Shown in pieces: positions 10,314 through 21,237 of a stretch of DNA of 29,928 nucleotides. The notes under the pieces were generated by a model. That model had not been told where the DNA came from and searched no databases. It worked only from the letters and a program-made list of their open reading frames with translations. The DNA is from Octopus sinensis (taxonomy: Eukaryota). The position numbers and the translations under genes were made by a program. The stretch is taken from positions 1 through 29,928 of the forward strand of contig NW_021832665.1 in assembly GCF_006345805.1 (NCBI RefSeq), given 5' to 3'. Each line of letters starts with the position of its first letter. The stretch's first letter is position 1.

Positions 10314-10689
10314 ATATATATATATATATATATACACATATATACATGTTTGTGTGTTTACATGGACATATAGATATTTAGGTAGACAGCCAGAGAGGCA
10401 AATAGATATGTAGATATATATATAGATAAGTTTCTTTATTGGCCACACAGGGCTGCACACATATGGGACAAGTTACAAGGTAGAGCTTTTCTTTTGGAGG
10501 GATGAAAAAAAAACAACAAAAAACAAAAAAACAAAAGAATCAAAAAAAGATAGACAGATAGATAGATAGACAGACAGACAGATTGATAGATACATACATA
10601 CATATCATTACAAACGTAGCTTCATGCACATACACGTATTTATTTACATAGATACACACATAAACATATATTAAACATACATGGAGGAA

Positions 10690-10723
10690 TAGATACTTAG
10701 ATAGATAGATAGATAGATAGATG

Positions 10724-10758
<35 letters not shown>

Positions 10759-10767
10759 TGATTGATT

Positions 10768-10830
<63 letters not shown>

Positions 10831-10839
10831 TGATTGATT

Positions 10840-10894
<55 letters not shown>

Positions 10895-10957
10895 GGATAG
10901 ATAGATAGATAGATAGATAGATTGATTGATTGATAGATAGATAGATAGATAGATAGT

Positions 10958-10994
<37 letters not shown>

Positions 10995-10995
10995 T

Positions 10996-11056
<61 letters not shown>

Positions 11057-11108
11057 GCAGGCAGGCAGCAGGCAGGCAGGCAGGCAGGCAGGCAGCAGGC
11101 AGGCAGGC
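10690..11108. repeat. (GATA)n microsatellite grading into (GACA)n and (GGCA)n
   Basis: Visible. It generates the spurious YLSI-rich minus-strand ORFs. Confidence 0.97.
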
Positions 11109-11343
11109 GGAAGGACGGATGTGCAGACAGTCTGATAACCACATTTTTGTTTCAATAAAGCTGGCTTATTGGACACAGCCTGGCACCGTTTGATAGAATT
11201 TTACTCTAATTCCCTTGTTTACATCCATATTCATTACACATACGACTTAATATGCATATCATTTCTTACCACTAATAATTTACCGCTAATTAAAATAGGA
11301 ATTGGTATGATATGAACATCATACACCTGTATACATACCTGTT

Positions 11344-11381
<38 letters not shown>

Positions 11382-11491
11382 CATGTGTGTGTGTATGCGT
11401 GTGTGTGTATGCGTGTGTCTGTAGCTATGTAGATAGGGAGGTAGGGAGGTAGATAGGTATGTATGTATGCATGTATCTATGTATGAGTGTA

Positions 11492-13184
11492 CACTACCGT
11501 CAGAAATTAATTAGCACCCTTGATTTGCTCTTCACTCAAGGTATTTGCTGTCACCTAGTGGCCATATCTCGAACTATTGCTTTGTTGCGAGTTCACTGTT
11601 GCGCAGAACGATGACGTAACTTTGTTTGCAGAGCGGTTTGAGAGTCTACAGCCTAATGATGTTGATATAGCAGTGCAACAACAACTTGGAGTGCGGATGC
11701 AGACAAATCTTCCTTTGTTTAATAGATATAGGTAGCGCCTCGCAAGGACCGAAATCACACCATACTAAGTTTTCTCATCGCGTAAGACGTTTTGAACAGC
11801 TCGTAGGTTAATTGATTTGTGTATTTGCAAGATTTTTTTTCCTCACAAATTCTCCTACACTCTGCTTGGTGACGTCACTTCCGGTTCACAAAACTTTCTG
11901 TTATACATCAAATAAGGTGAGAAATTCTGCTTTCTTTTTTTTTTTTGTTTAATGAATAATAACTCATAGCAGTTTTGTTATAGCATAACATTATTCAAAT
12001 GAATAGTTTTAATGAAAATAACTGGTTTTTATCGTTCATTCCTAGATGGGCCCAAGACCTCGCATGACCTTGGAGAGACGGTACGAGGCTCTCTCGTGGC
12101 GTGGGAAGCTGTCGGAGGTTGCAATAGCCAGAAAACTTGGTGTAGCCAGGCGCACAATTCAGTGCTTATTTAAGAAATACGAGGAAACCGGATCAGCAGC
12201 TGACAAAAAGGGTAGGGGACGGAAGAGGCTGACGACCCAGCGGGAGGACCGGATCATGATCCGAATGTCACTGTACAACCGAAAGGCAACGACCCGGCAA
12301 CTGGCGGAGGAGATGCAAAAGATGACAGGGAAGCAGTTGTCTACAACCACCGTCAAGACCAGATTACTGGAAGCTGGTCTAAAATCCTGTAGGGCCGCCC
12401 AAAACCGGAAGAGGCAGCTGCTCTAGTCCCGTGCCCACAAGACATGGACCGTGCAGCAGTGGCGGACAGTGATGTTCACTGACGAGTCGCGATTCAGTCT
12501 CGTCAGTGACAAGCCTATCCATGTGCGACGCCGTAGGGGTGAGCGCTTCAAGAAAGACTGCATTGCTCCCACCATGAAGCATGGTGGGGGTGGTCTAATG
12601 GTATGAGGGGCGTTCAGCTACAGTGGTGTTGGGCGGCTCTATGCCGTTGAAGGCAACATCAACGCAGCAAAGTACGTTGAGATAGTACGGGATACCTCTT
12701 TGGTGGCGAGGAGTACGTACTCCAGCAGGACAACGCGTCTTCCCACACAGCCAAGCTCACAACCGGTTTCTTCAAGGACCATGGGGTGACGGTCATGGAC
12801 TGGCCTGGCCAGTCACCTGACTTGAACCCTATTGAGAACCTCTGGAGTCGATTGGGTAGGGATTTGAATGTGCAGCAATACAGGAACCGACACGAGCTGT
12901 TTGGGGCACTTCTTGCTGCATAGGGGGGCCATCCCTGCACAGTACCTGCAGGCACTCATAGACAGCATGTCGACCCGTGTAGCAGCTGTCATTGCTGCCA
13001 AAGGAGGAGCAACAAGATATTGACTAAATTTCACGATTAATAACAATTATGTGGTGTGCTGGGATATGTTTTAATAAATTTTTGATTAAAAACGAGTTCG
13101 TTTCTGATAATAAGTTAATTAAATTAAGAAAATGTAAGAAAATGTAGAAATTTGAGAAGTGCTAATTAATTTCCGACGCAAGGG
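11492..13184 (+). mobile_element. Tc1-family (DD34E) DNA transposon, full length (1693 bp), inactive
   Basis: 26-bp TIRs cactaccgtcagaaattaattagcac (11492-11517) / gtgctaattaatttccgacgcaaggg (13159-13184; 4 mismatches), flanked by TA on both sides, with a transposase remnant inside. Confidence 0.93.
12046..13023 (+). pseudogene. Tc1 transposase pseudogene
   Basis: HTH N-terminus (IARKLGVARRTIQ, GRGRKRLTT), WRTVMFTDESRF, KHGGGGLMV*G, QQDNASSHT..WPGQSPDLNPIENLW (34 residues between D and E), AKGGATRY* (TGA 13021-13023). Nonsense codons at 12424-12426 and 12604-12606, frameshift near 12695. Confidence 0.93.
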
Positions 13185-13475
13185 TATGTATAAATGTATG
13201 CATTTGTGTATGTCCGTATATGTATGTATGTATGTATATGAGTATGTTTGTACTTAGTGTACATTATTCGCATTTCGGTTTCTTCTGCCATTCTACATTC
13301 TTTTATTTCATATCTCAGTACACATACATACACACATATGTATATATAAGAAAGCGCTAAAAATGAAAATATAAATATATATAATCATCCAACATTCTGA
13401 CTACCTTCTTATTCTCAATATACAATATATGTACATCACTTCGAAATCTCTCTACATATATATATATTATATAAT

Positions 13476-13550
<75 letters not shown>

Positions 13551-13719
13551 GCATGCTGATATATGACCGATGTTGGACTCCTCATTCGCATAAGCACAGA
13601 ACCTGGAGCTTAACTATGGTCGGTCCATAGCACTTACTCAGCATTACCTGACATTTTAGGGTCTTCTTGACAACATTACCTATCATAACCTAAATATACA
13701 TATATATATGTATATATAA

Positions 13720-13765
<46 letters not shown>

Positions 13766-13804
13766 GTGTGTGTATGTATGTATATGTATATACAGTCGCC
13801 ATGA

Positions 13805-13980
13805 TAGATCGTTAGCCACTACACACATTTTTTCTCTCGTTTTTTCTGAGTCCCTTTCTGTAGAAGAGCGTAGGCTCGAAACGTAAAAGACTTCTTCTAT
13901 TCCAGAGCGTTATACTAATACACCTGTTTGTTTTGTACACCACCTGTCTTCGTCTTTTGTTTTTTCGTAAACTCTCCCTA
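13805..13980 (+). mobile_element. Penelope-like pseudo-LTR type repeat fragment (family P, copy 1)
   Basis: Homologous to 26374-26575 (atcgttagccactacacacattttt...ctgtagaagagcgtaggctcgaaacgtaaaagactt...atactaatac..tgtttg..ccacctgtcttcgtcttttgttt) and carries a hammerhead-like motif. PLE assignment is inference. Confidence 0.6.
13854..13890 (+). ncRNA. Minimal hammerhead-like motif (variant core)
   Basis: CUUU-CUGUAGA-A-GAGC(GUAG)GCUC-GAAAC-GUA-AAAG. A6 of the consensus core is U. Confidence 0.55.
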
Positions 13981-14360
13981 TATGTATATATATGTATATA
14001 TATATATGTGTGTGTTTGTGTGTGTGTTTACATATATATAGCTACATGCAAACATGCATGTATATATACCTATATATGCATACATATATATATGTGTGTG
14101 TGTTGTGTGTGTGTGTGTGTGTGTGCATAATTACATCAACAATATCAAATTCTCTTAAAAGGATGTTACTGACCAAGTTCCCCGGTTGTATCCAATGAAA
14201 CAATGAAAAAACCAAAGACGTTACTTTCACATAGATGGATATGTGTATATAAATATTCTTGCAGGAGAATGGAATTTGTTCAAATAAATTGATGTCTATA
14301 TTTTAATTTCTCCATTTTCTTTTTCTCGTACAAGAACATTTATGTGTGTGTGTATATATA

Positions 14361-14696
14361 CTCTTTTCTCTCTTTTACTCTTTTACTTGTTTCAGTCATT
14401 TTGACTGCGGCCATGCTGGAGCACCGCCTTTAGTACTTATTCTATCGGTCTCTTTTTTGCCGAACCGCTAAGTGACGGGGACGTAAACACACCAGCATCG
14501 GTTGTCAAGCAATGCTAGGGGGACAAACACACACACATATATATATACATATATACGACAGGCTTCTTTCAGTTTCCGTCTACCAAATCCACTCACAAGG
14601 CATTGGTCGGCCCGGGGCTATAGCAGAAGACACTTGCCCAAGATGCCACGCAGTGGGACTGAACCCGCAACCATGTGGTTGGTTAGCAAGCTACTT
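14361..14696 (-). mobile_element. Family A SINE (near full length)
   Basis: ctcttttacttgtttcagtcattttgactgcggccatgctggagcaccgcc...gccgaaccgctaagtgacggggacgtaaacac...cagtgggactgaacccgc..ccatgtggttggttagcaagctactta. Confidence 0.9.
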
Positions 14697-15840
14697 ATAT
14701 ACACATATACACATATACATGTTCACACATATACATATATAGATAAATACATATACATTTACATACATATGTACATATACACACACATATATATATATAC
14801 ATATACATTTACATACATATGTATATATATATATATATACATATACATGTATATATATGTGTGTGTGTGTGTGTGTGAGTGTTTGTGTGTACATATATAT
14901 ATATGTATATACATACACACACACACGCACACATAAGCATCACTACACGGCTATCTCTGTTACAGTTTATGAGGATGAGAGATAGAGAGACAGAGAGAAA
15001 AAAGAAAAGAAAACAGAAAGAAGGCATGTGTATGAAGATATGTATCTATGTATGTACGTACACGTGTGCGAACATACGTATGTGTGTATATATATTTGTC
15101 TGTCTGTATGTATGTATATATACGTATACGTATACACATGTATGTATGTATGTATGTATGTATCTATGTTTGGATGCATTTGTAATTTCTTTTATAGCGT
15201 TAGTGGCCGACCTAGGCAACCACATCTATTTAGATCCGCTTTGCTCCTGTCTCTCCTAACATTCCTTCCCTATTTACGAGCGACTCAATTTACTGCTCGT
15301 TCCTGGACCGGCGCCATGTTCGGATATTTTCGAAGCCGCTTATGTAATTCACTATCTTGGCGAGCAACGAGGCCAACTTTACGTTAATGAACTGTAGACG
15401 CTCGGTGATGTCATTTATTTCTTTAAATTTTTCCAAGTTTTTCCATAATTACATTAGTTTGTTCACTGGAGATTTAAGCGTTCAATTTTCAATTTATTTA
15501 ATGCGGAATACGGAGAAAGTGCAGGAATTTGGAGAATTAAACAGGAATCCTTTGCAGAATTCTGCTTGGTGCCTTGTGGTTCTTAGTTCAAATCCCATCT
15601 GGGTGTGTCCTTACATTTCATCATTCTTCTGTTGGTCGAAGAAATCAAATGTCATCGTGGAATGCTTAATTATTCATAGGTCGAAATCTAACAGTGTCGT
15701 ATTAACTGAAAATACCTGACCACTGATTTTATGTTGCTGTTGTTGTTGTTGCTGCTGCTGCTGCCGTTGTTGTTATTATTATTATTATTGTTGTTGTTGT
15801 TGTTGTTGTTGTTGTTATTGTTATTGTTATTATTATCATA

Positions 15841-15946
15841 AGGCTGCAAGCTGTCAGAAACGTTAACACGCTGGGCAAATATGCTTCACGGCATTTCGTT
15901 AACCTTTTCGCTTTGAGTTCAAATTCCTCCGAGGTCGACTTTGCCA
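15841..15946 (+). mobile_element. Family B SINE 5' fragment
   Basis: aaggctgcaagctgtcagaaacgttaacacgctgggcaaat...gagttcaaattcctccgaggtcgactttgcc, ending at (AT)n. Confidence 0.8.
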
Positions 15947-16038
<92 letters not shown>

Positions 16039-16805
16039 AAGCGAAAAGCAACTGACGGGTAGATAGAAAAAAAAAATATATATATATATACATACATATA
16101 TATAGAGAGATATAGAGATAGATAGATAGATACATACATACATACATACATACATACATACATACATAGGTATAGGTATATATATACAGCGAATGGGAAG
16201 GAAGCATAGATAGATAGATAATATATAGAGAGAGGGTGGGTAAAGGAAAGAAACGAGAGAGAGAAACAGATGGATGGATGGATGGATGGATGGATGGAAG
16301 GATGGATAAGTTAGATGATATCTTTCACTAAAATACGTGACCTTCGGCATAGCATTGAAATCAATTTTATTTATTTAAAGGATTTTCTGTTAAAACCACA
16401 TTTCTCCATAATATTTAATCCTCTAAGTGAAGTGAATTATTTTCTGATGGAATCTGAAATGGCATTAGAGACGTAACTTCCAATCTCAAAGTAAAATAAC
16501 CAGAAGTTTAATCTTGTTTTTGTTGTTGACAGTTGTAAGTCCGCTTTGATGGAGCAGACCTACGAAAAACTTAAGTGACCGGTCGATATAATGACTATGC
16601 GCTTCCGGTAAAATTATAGTTCCATATATCATGGCTATGAGTATTTGTGGACCTTACTGTATATTTGAATATGCATTGGTTACTATCGGTGATGCTGCTG
16701 TGGCTACTGTTTAGCCCAAGGTTAGCTCGAGTGAAACATTCCTATGTTAAAACATATGGAAGTTGTAACGAGCTAGTCTCTTCGTCTACAAATTACAGTA
16801 TTCTT

Positions 16806-17016
16806 TTCTACTCTAGGCACAAGGCCCGAAGTTTTTAGAGAGAAGGCCAGTCAATAAGATCGATCCCAATATGCAACTGGTACTTAATTTATCGACCCCG
16901 AAAGGATGAAATGCAAAGTCGACCTCGGCGGAATTTGAACTCAGAGTGTAAAGACAGATGAAATACCGCTATGCACTTCGTCCGGCGTGCTAACGTTTCT
17001 ACCAGCGCGCCGCCTT
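16806..17016 (-). mobile_element. Family B SINE monomer
   Basis: aggcacaaggcccgaa...actggtacttaatttatcgaccccgaaaggatgaaatgcaaagtcgacctcggcggaatttgaactcag...gtgctaacgtttctaccagcgcgccgcc. Confidence 0.88.
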
Positions 17017-17164
17017 TACCCTACTGTGTATTTGAATATACATTGGTTGCTATTGATACTGTTTAGCCCTAGGTTAGCTCCAGTGGGACATTCCTATGTT
17101 AAAAGATATGCAAATGACTATATTGTGAAATGTGTTGTTTCCTTTTGATTTCGATGAAGATTTG

Positions 17165-17715
17165 GCTGCTATGAGAACCAGCGACATCAAGTATCGATTA
17201 ATTCTATAAATAGCACTGTGACATGGTAGTGAAGTTGTTAGCTCATTGGACAAGTGTGTTTGGCGCTTCCGATATCTGAGCAAAAGGACAAAGGTTCTGA
17301 CCTTTAAGTTTCTGGTCCTCCCTGCCTTGCTCTATAGTTGTGAGGCCTGGACACTATCCAGGGCACTTAGGATCCTCCTGAACTCCTTTGGTACCAGAGT
17401 GCTTTTCAGGGTTATGGGTTACCATGGGTGACTATGGCTTGTTAATGGCTCTACTCAGAAACTGAGATGCATCCCGTTATTTTTATGAACCAGGAGCGCT
17501 TGTTCAAACTGTTTGGCCACGTTACTAGATTTTTCTGAATTAGACCCTGCTCACAGTGTTTTCTTCAGTGAAGATCCGACTGAGTTGCTGGATCGTGTTG
17601 GACGTCCACATGCCACTTGCTCATGGCAGCTGAAGTGGCATCTCGTGGAGATGGGGGACTGACTGAGACTTTGCTCGGCGGGCCACCGTGGAGGACTCGG
17701 GAATATATCGACAAT
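17165..17715 (+). pseudogene. Degraded RTE-clade LINE, C-terminal ORF2 remnant
   Basis: LDKCVWRFRYLSKRTKVLTFKFLVLPALLYSCEAWTL..LNSFGTRVLFRVMGY, then (after shifts) LFGHVTRF and DPAH...VGRP. These match RTE post-RT motifs (TKxxxxxxLVxPxLLYGxExWTL, WFGHVxR, GRP). Confidence 0.8.
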
Positions 17716-17797
17716 ACAGGCCTTAACCCTTTACCTGTCCAAACCATTTTCATGAGTTTACCTTAAACGCTCGTGCTTGCGTTTTAGACTTTAACTT

Positions 17798-18179
17798 GGA
17801 AGCACTCCGTCGGTTACGACGACGAGGGTTCCGGTTGATCCGATCAACGGAACAGCCTGCTCGTGAAATTAACGTGTAAGTGGCTGAGCACTCCACAGAC
17901 ACGTGTACCCTTAACGCAGTTCTCGGGGATATTCAGCGTGACACAGAGAGTGACAAGGCCGGCCCTTTGAAATACAGGCACAACAGAAACAGGAAGTAAG
18001 AGTGAGAGAAATTTGTGGTGAAAGAGTACAGCAGGGATCACTACCATCCCTGCCGGAACATCGTGGAGCTTTAGGTGTTTTCGCTCAATAAACACTCACA
18101 ACGCCCGGTCTGGGAATCGAAACCGCGATCCTACGACCGCGAGTCCGCTACCCTAACCACTGGGCCATTGTGCCTCCAC
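17798..18179 (-). mobile_element. Family C SINE, full length
   Basis: Nearly identical to 5084-5448. Exact 12-bp TSD agactttaactt (17786-17797, 18180-18191). Confidence 0.92.
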
Positions 18180-18479
18180 AGACTTTAACTTATCCCTTGA
18201 TGCAAACGTTCTGAGCAATATAAAGCTTTTCTTTTCTAAGACCCAAGTTACTCTGGTGCATGAAAACAATTTGTAACGTGTCTGGTATATCGTGCAGCAA
18301 CGCGCTGCAACGGCACATATCCCACACGTGGCCTTCATCTGACAGTATGTCACCAATCTAAGGAAGTGAATCATCAACATTATCGTCACCAACCCCTGGG
18401 CATTACTGTCTACAACCCTAAGATTCATAGGGTCGCTTGCCAGATTTCCACGGCGTGTAAGTCACCGAAATCACGATTT

Positions 18480-18621
18480 CCTCGGAAGGGGGCCCCAGTC
18501 TGTTGCAGAGTTACTCATTGGAGTAGCGTGAAATGAAGTGTCTTGCTCAAGGACACAACGCACCACTTGATCCGTGAGTCGAGACCACGACCTTGCGATA
18601 GTAAAGGCAACACCCGAACCA
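18480..18621 (-). mobile_element. CORE-like SINE fragment (family F), head interrupted by a family D SINE
   Basis: Minus strand: gtggttcgggtgttgcc..gcaaggtcgtggtctcgactc...gcgttgtgtccttgagcaagacacttcatttcacgctactcc. The ccttgagcaagacactt segment resembles the CORE domain. Confidence 0.6.
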
Positions 18622-18634
18622 CTTCTTAAGTAAG

Positions 18635-18927
18635 TTTGTTCTTTCTCAAGCCATCCCTGGCTCATAAGGGCCGGTTTCCCGGTTTCCTTGACGTATAGGT
18701 TCCCCACCTAGACGGGACGCCAATCCGTCGCAGGTGAGCTGCAAGATGCAGGAGGAAAGAGTGAGAGAAAGTTGTGGCGAGAGAGTCAGCAGAAGTTCGC
18801 CATTACCTTCCGCCGTAGCTGTGTGGAGCTTAGGTGTTTCGGTCATAAACACACACATCGCCCGGTCTGAGATTCGAACTCGCGTTCCCTCGACCGCGAG
18901 TCTGCTGCCCTAACCATGTGTCTCCAC
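18635..18927 (-). mobile_element. Family D SINE, full length
   Basis: Co-linear with 2348-2654. Exact 13-bp TSD cttcttaagtaag (18622-18634, 18928-18940). Confidence 0.92.
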
Positions 18928-19290
18928 CTTCTTAAGTAAGCCAGTACAGAAATGATACCCGTTTCCTTCTAGTAGGTCATGGGGCCAGAAAATTGAACAG
19001 AAGTACGTGTGCATTACACGAATAGATGAGCCTGACATTGCAGTATTTCTCCATAATGTTCATAATGAAGAAGAAACGAATTATAATATCCCACTGTACG
19101 TGTGGGTGGGGGGTCTTTTTCTCTCCAGGCAATAAGGGTGTTCTTCTCCTCAATGACGTGTCACCTTTAGAACATTATTTAGTATTCTAATGTTGTGCTA
19201 GAGTTAATTTCATAATTATGATACATCTTATAGATAGGCAGAGATAATTCTCATAAATCGAGAATTTATGCTATATGATATTTGATCTCT

Positions 19291-19697
19291 CTCTTTACTC
19301 TTTTACTCTTTTACTTGTTTCAGTCATTTGATTGTGGCTATGCTGGAGCACTGCTTTTAGTCGAGCAAATCGACCCCAGGATTTATTCTTTATAAGCCTA
19401 GTACTTATTCTATCGGTCTATTTTGCCGAACCGCTAAGTAACGGGGACGTAAACACACCAGCATCGGTTGTCAAGCGATGTTGGGGGGAAAAAACACAGA
19501 CACACAAACTTATACACACACATACATATATATACGATGGGCTTCTTTCAGTTTCCGCCTACCAAATCCACTCACAAGGCTTTGGTCGGTCCGAGGCTAT
19601 AGTAGAAGATACTTGCCCAAGGTGCCACGCAATAGGACTGAACCCGGAACCATGTGGCTGGTAAGCAAGCTACTTACCACACAGCCACTCCTACGCC
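19291..19697 (-). mobile_element. Family A SINE, full length
   Basis: From the (CTCTTTTA)n tail to accacacagccactcctacgcc, with an internal (AC)/(AT) microsatellite. Confidence 0.92.
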
Positions 19698-20430
19698 TGT
19701 ATTTCTCTACGCTGTTCATATAAACACCACTGCCCACTCAGTGTTATTTATCTATGTTCATTTTTGTTCAAGTTATTCAAATTACTCAAGCCATATATGT
19801 GTTATACGTGTGTTATATATGTGTTTTATATGTGTTATATATGTTATATATATGTGTGTGTGTGTACGTGCGTGTGTGTGTGTCTATGTGCCGTGGAAAA
19901 GAATTACACGCACCGTAATTTTTCAGAATGGATTTCAGAGAAAAAAGATTATATTTCACTTCTAGCGAATAATTTGTTTCATTTTTCGGAAATTTATGTT
20001 TTTATGCCATTGAGATATAAATAAAATTTATTCATGAAAAAAATGTATTAGCATTTCGGAAGTTTTGGAAAAGGGAAATCAAATATAACTTTAAAGAAAA
20101 ACACTTAAGACAGCAACGAAGATGATTTTATAAAACTAAAAAAAATAAGGTATAAGTATGGCAAAAATATAAAAATAAAAAATGAAATGTATAGAATAAG
20201 AGTAAGGCTATGTAATTAAATTTTCATTCACTATGTCTCCCGTCGTCGAAAATTGAAATTTCATATTTGCTGTTTCTTTCTTAAAAACCTTGAGTTTTTC
20301 TTCATGGCTGCTATGTTAGAAGATATCTTCTCTGATGTTACCTTCGAAACCTTAAAATACTTCTTCCCTGGTGCTCCCGTCTTCTTTATAATTCACTTTG
20401 CCATTCTGATCATCTGTGGCATTATTCAAT

Positions 20431-20625
20431 ACGACAGAACTGGCGGAGTGTGTGTGGCAGCATTTCTTTCTGTGTTTTTACGTTCGAGGTTCAACTACCG
20501 CCGAGGTCGACTTCGCCTTCTATCTGTTCGACTGATGCTTATAAGTTCCAGTCGATAACCGGAGTCGATTTAAAAGACTTCCTCCTCTATCTCTCAAAAT
20601 TGCTGGCCTTGTGCCAAAAATTACA
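20431..20625 (+). mobile_element. Diverged family B SINE monomer
   Basis: gcatttctttctgtgtttttacgttcgaggttcaactaccgccgaggtcgacttcgccttc...aaaattgctggccttgtgcc. Confidence 0.7.
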
Positions 20626-20636
20626 AAATAAGTATT

Positions 20637-21054
20637 AATACCTATTTCTTTATTGCCCACAAGGGGTTAAATACAGAGGGGACAAACAAGGACAAACAAA
20701 CGGATTAAGTCGATTATATCGACCCCAGTGCGTAACTGGTACTTATTTAATCGACCCCGAAAGGATGAAAGGCAATGTTGACCTCAGCGGAGTTTGAACT
20801 CAGAACGTAGCGACGGGTGAAATACCTATTTCTTTACTACCAACAAGGGGCTAAACACAGAGAGGACAAACAAGGACAGACAAACGGATTAAGTCGATTA
20901 TATCGACCCCAGTGCGTAACTGGTACTTATTTAATCGACCCCGAAAGGATGAAAGGCAAAGTTGACCTCGGCGGAATTTGAATTCAGAACGTAAGGGCAG
21001 ACGAAATACCGCTAAGCATTTCGCTCGGCATGCTAACGTTTCTGCCAGCTCACC
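20637..21054 (-). mobile_element. Family B SINE with tandemly duplicated 184-bp body
   Basis: Two units beginning aatacctatttcttta at 20637 and 20821, with a single head at 21000-21054. Confidence 0.9.
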
Positions 21055-21062
21055 ATTATAAT

Positions 21063-21206
21063 GAGAAGAAGAAGATGAAGAAGATGAAGAAGAAGAAGAT
21101 GAAGAAGAAGAAGAAGAAGAAAAGAAGAAGAAGAAGAAGAAGAGAAGAAGAAGAAGAAGAAGAAGAAGAAGAAAAAGAAGAGAAGAAGAAGAAGAAGAAG
21201 AAGAAG

Positions 21207-21236
<30 letters not shown>
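21063..21236. repeat. (AAG)n / (GAA)n trinucleotide microsatellite
   Basis: Visible. It gives poly-K/R/E and poly-L/F/S pseudo-ORFs. Confidence 0.97.

Positions 21237-21237
<1 letters not shown>

Noticed and set aside
11559-11735. 58-codon start-less open frame within the Tc1 5' region
   Set aside because: Short, no start codon and no known motif.
15200-15300. Possible RTE 3'-end remnant on the minus strand (..DRSK..DVVA..)
   Set aside because: The similarity is too short and weak to call without a database search.
18968-19135. Start-less open frame (..SWGQKIEQKYVCITRIDEPDIAVFLHN..) after a ttccttctagtag acceptor-like site
   Set aside because: About 55 codons is expected by chance, with no recognisable domain or convincing donor. 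It would need RNA-seq.
20253-20558. Hydrophobic 101-aa ORF
   Set aside because: The second half is a family B SINE and the first half has no recognisable homology.
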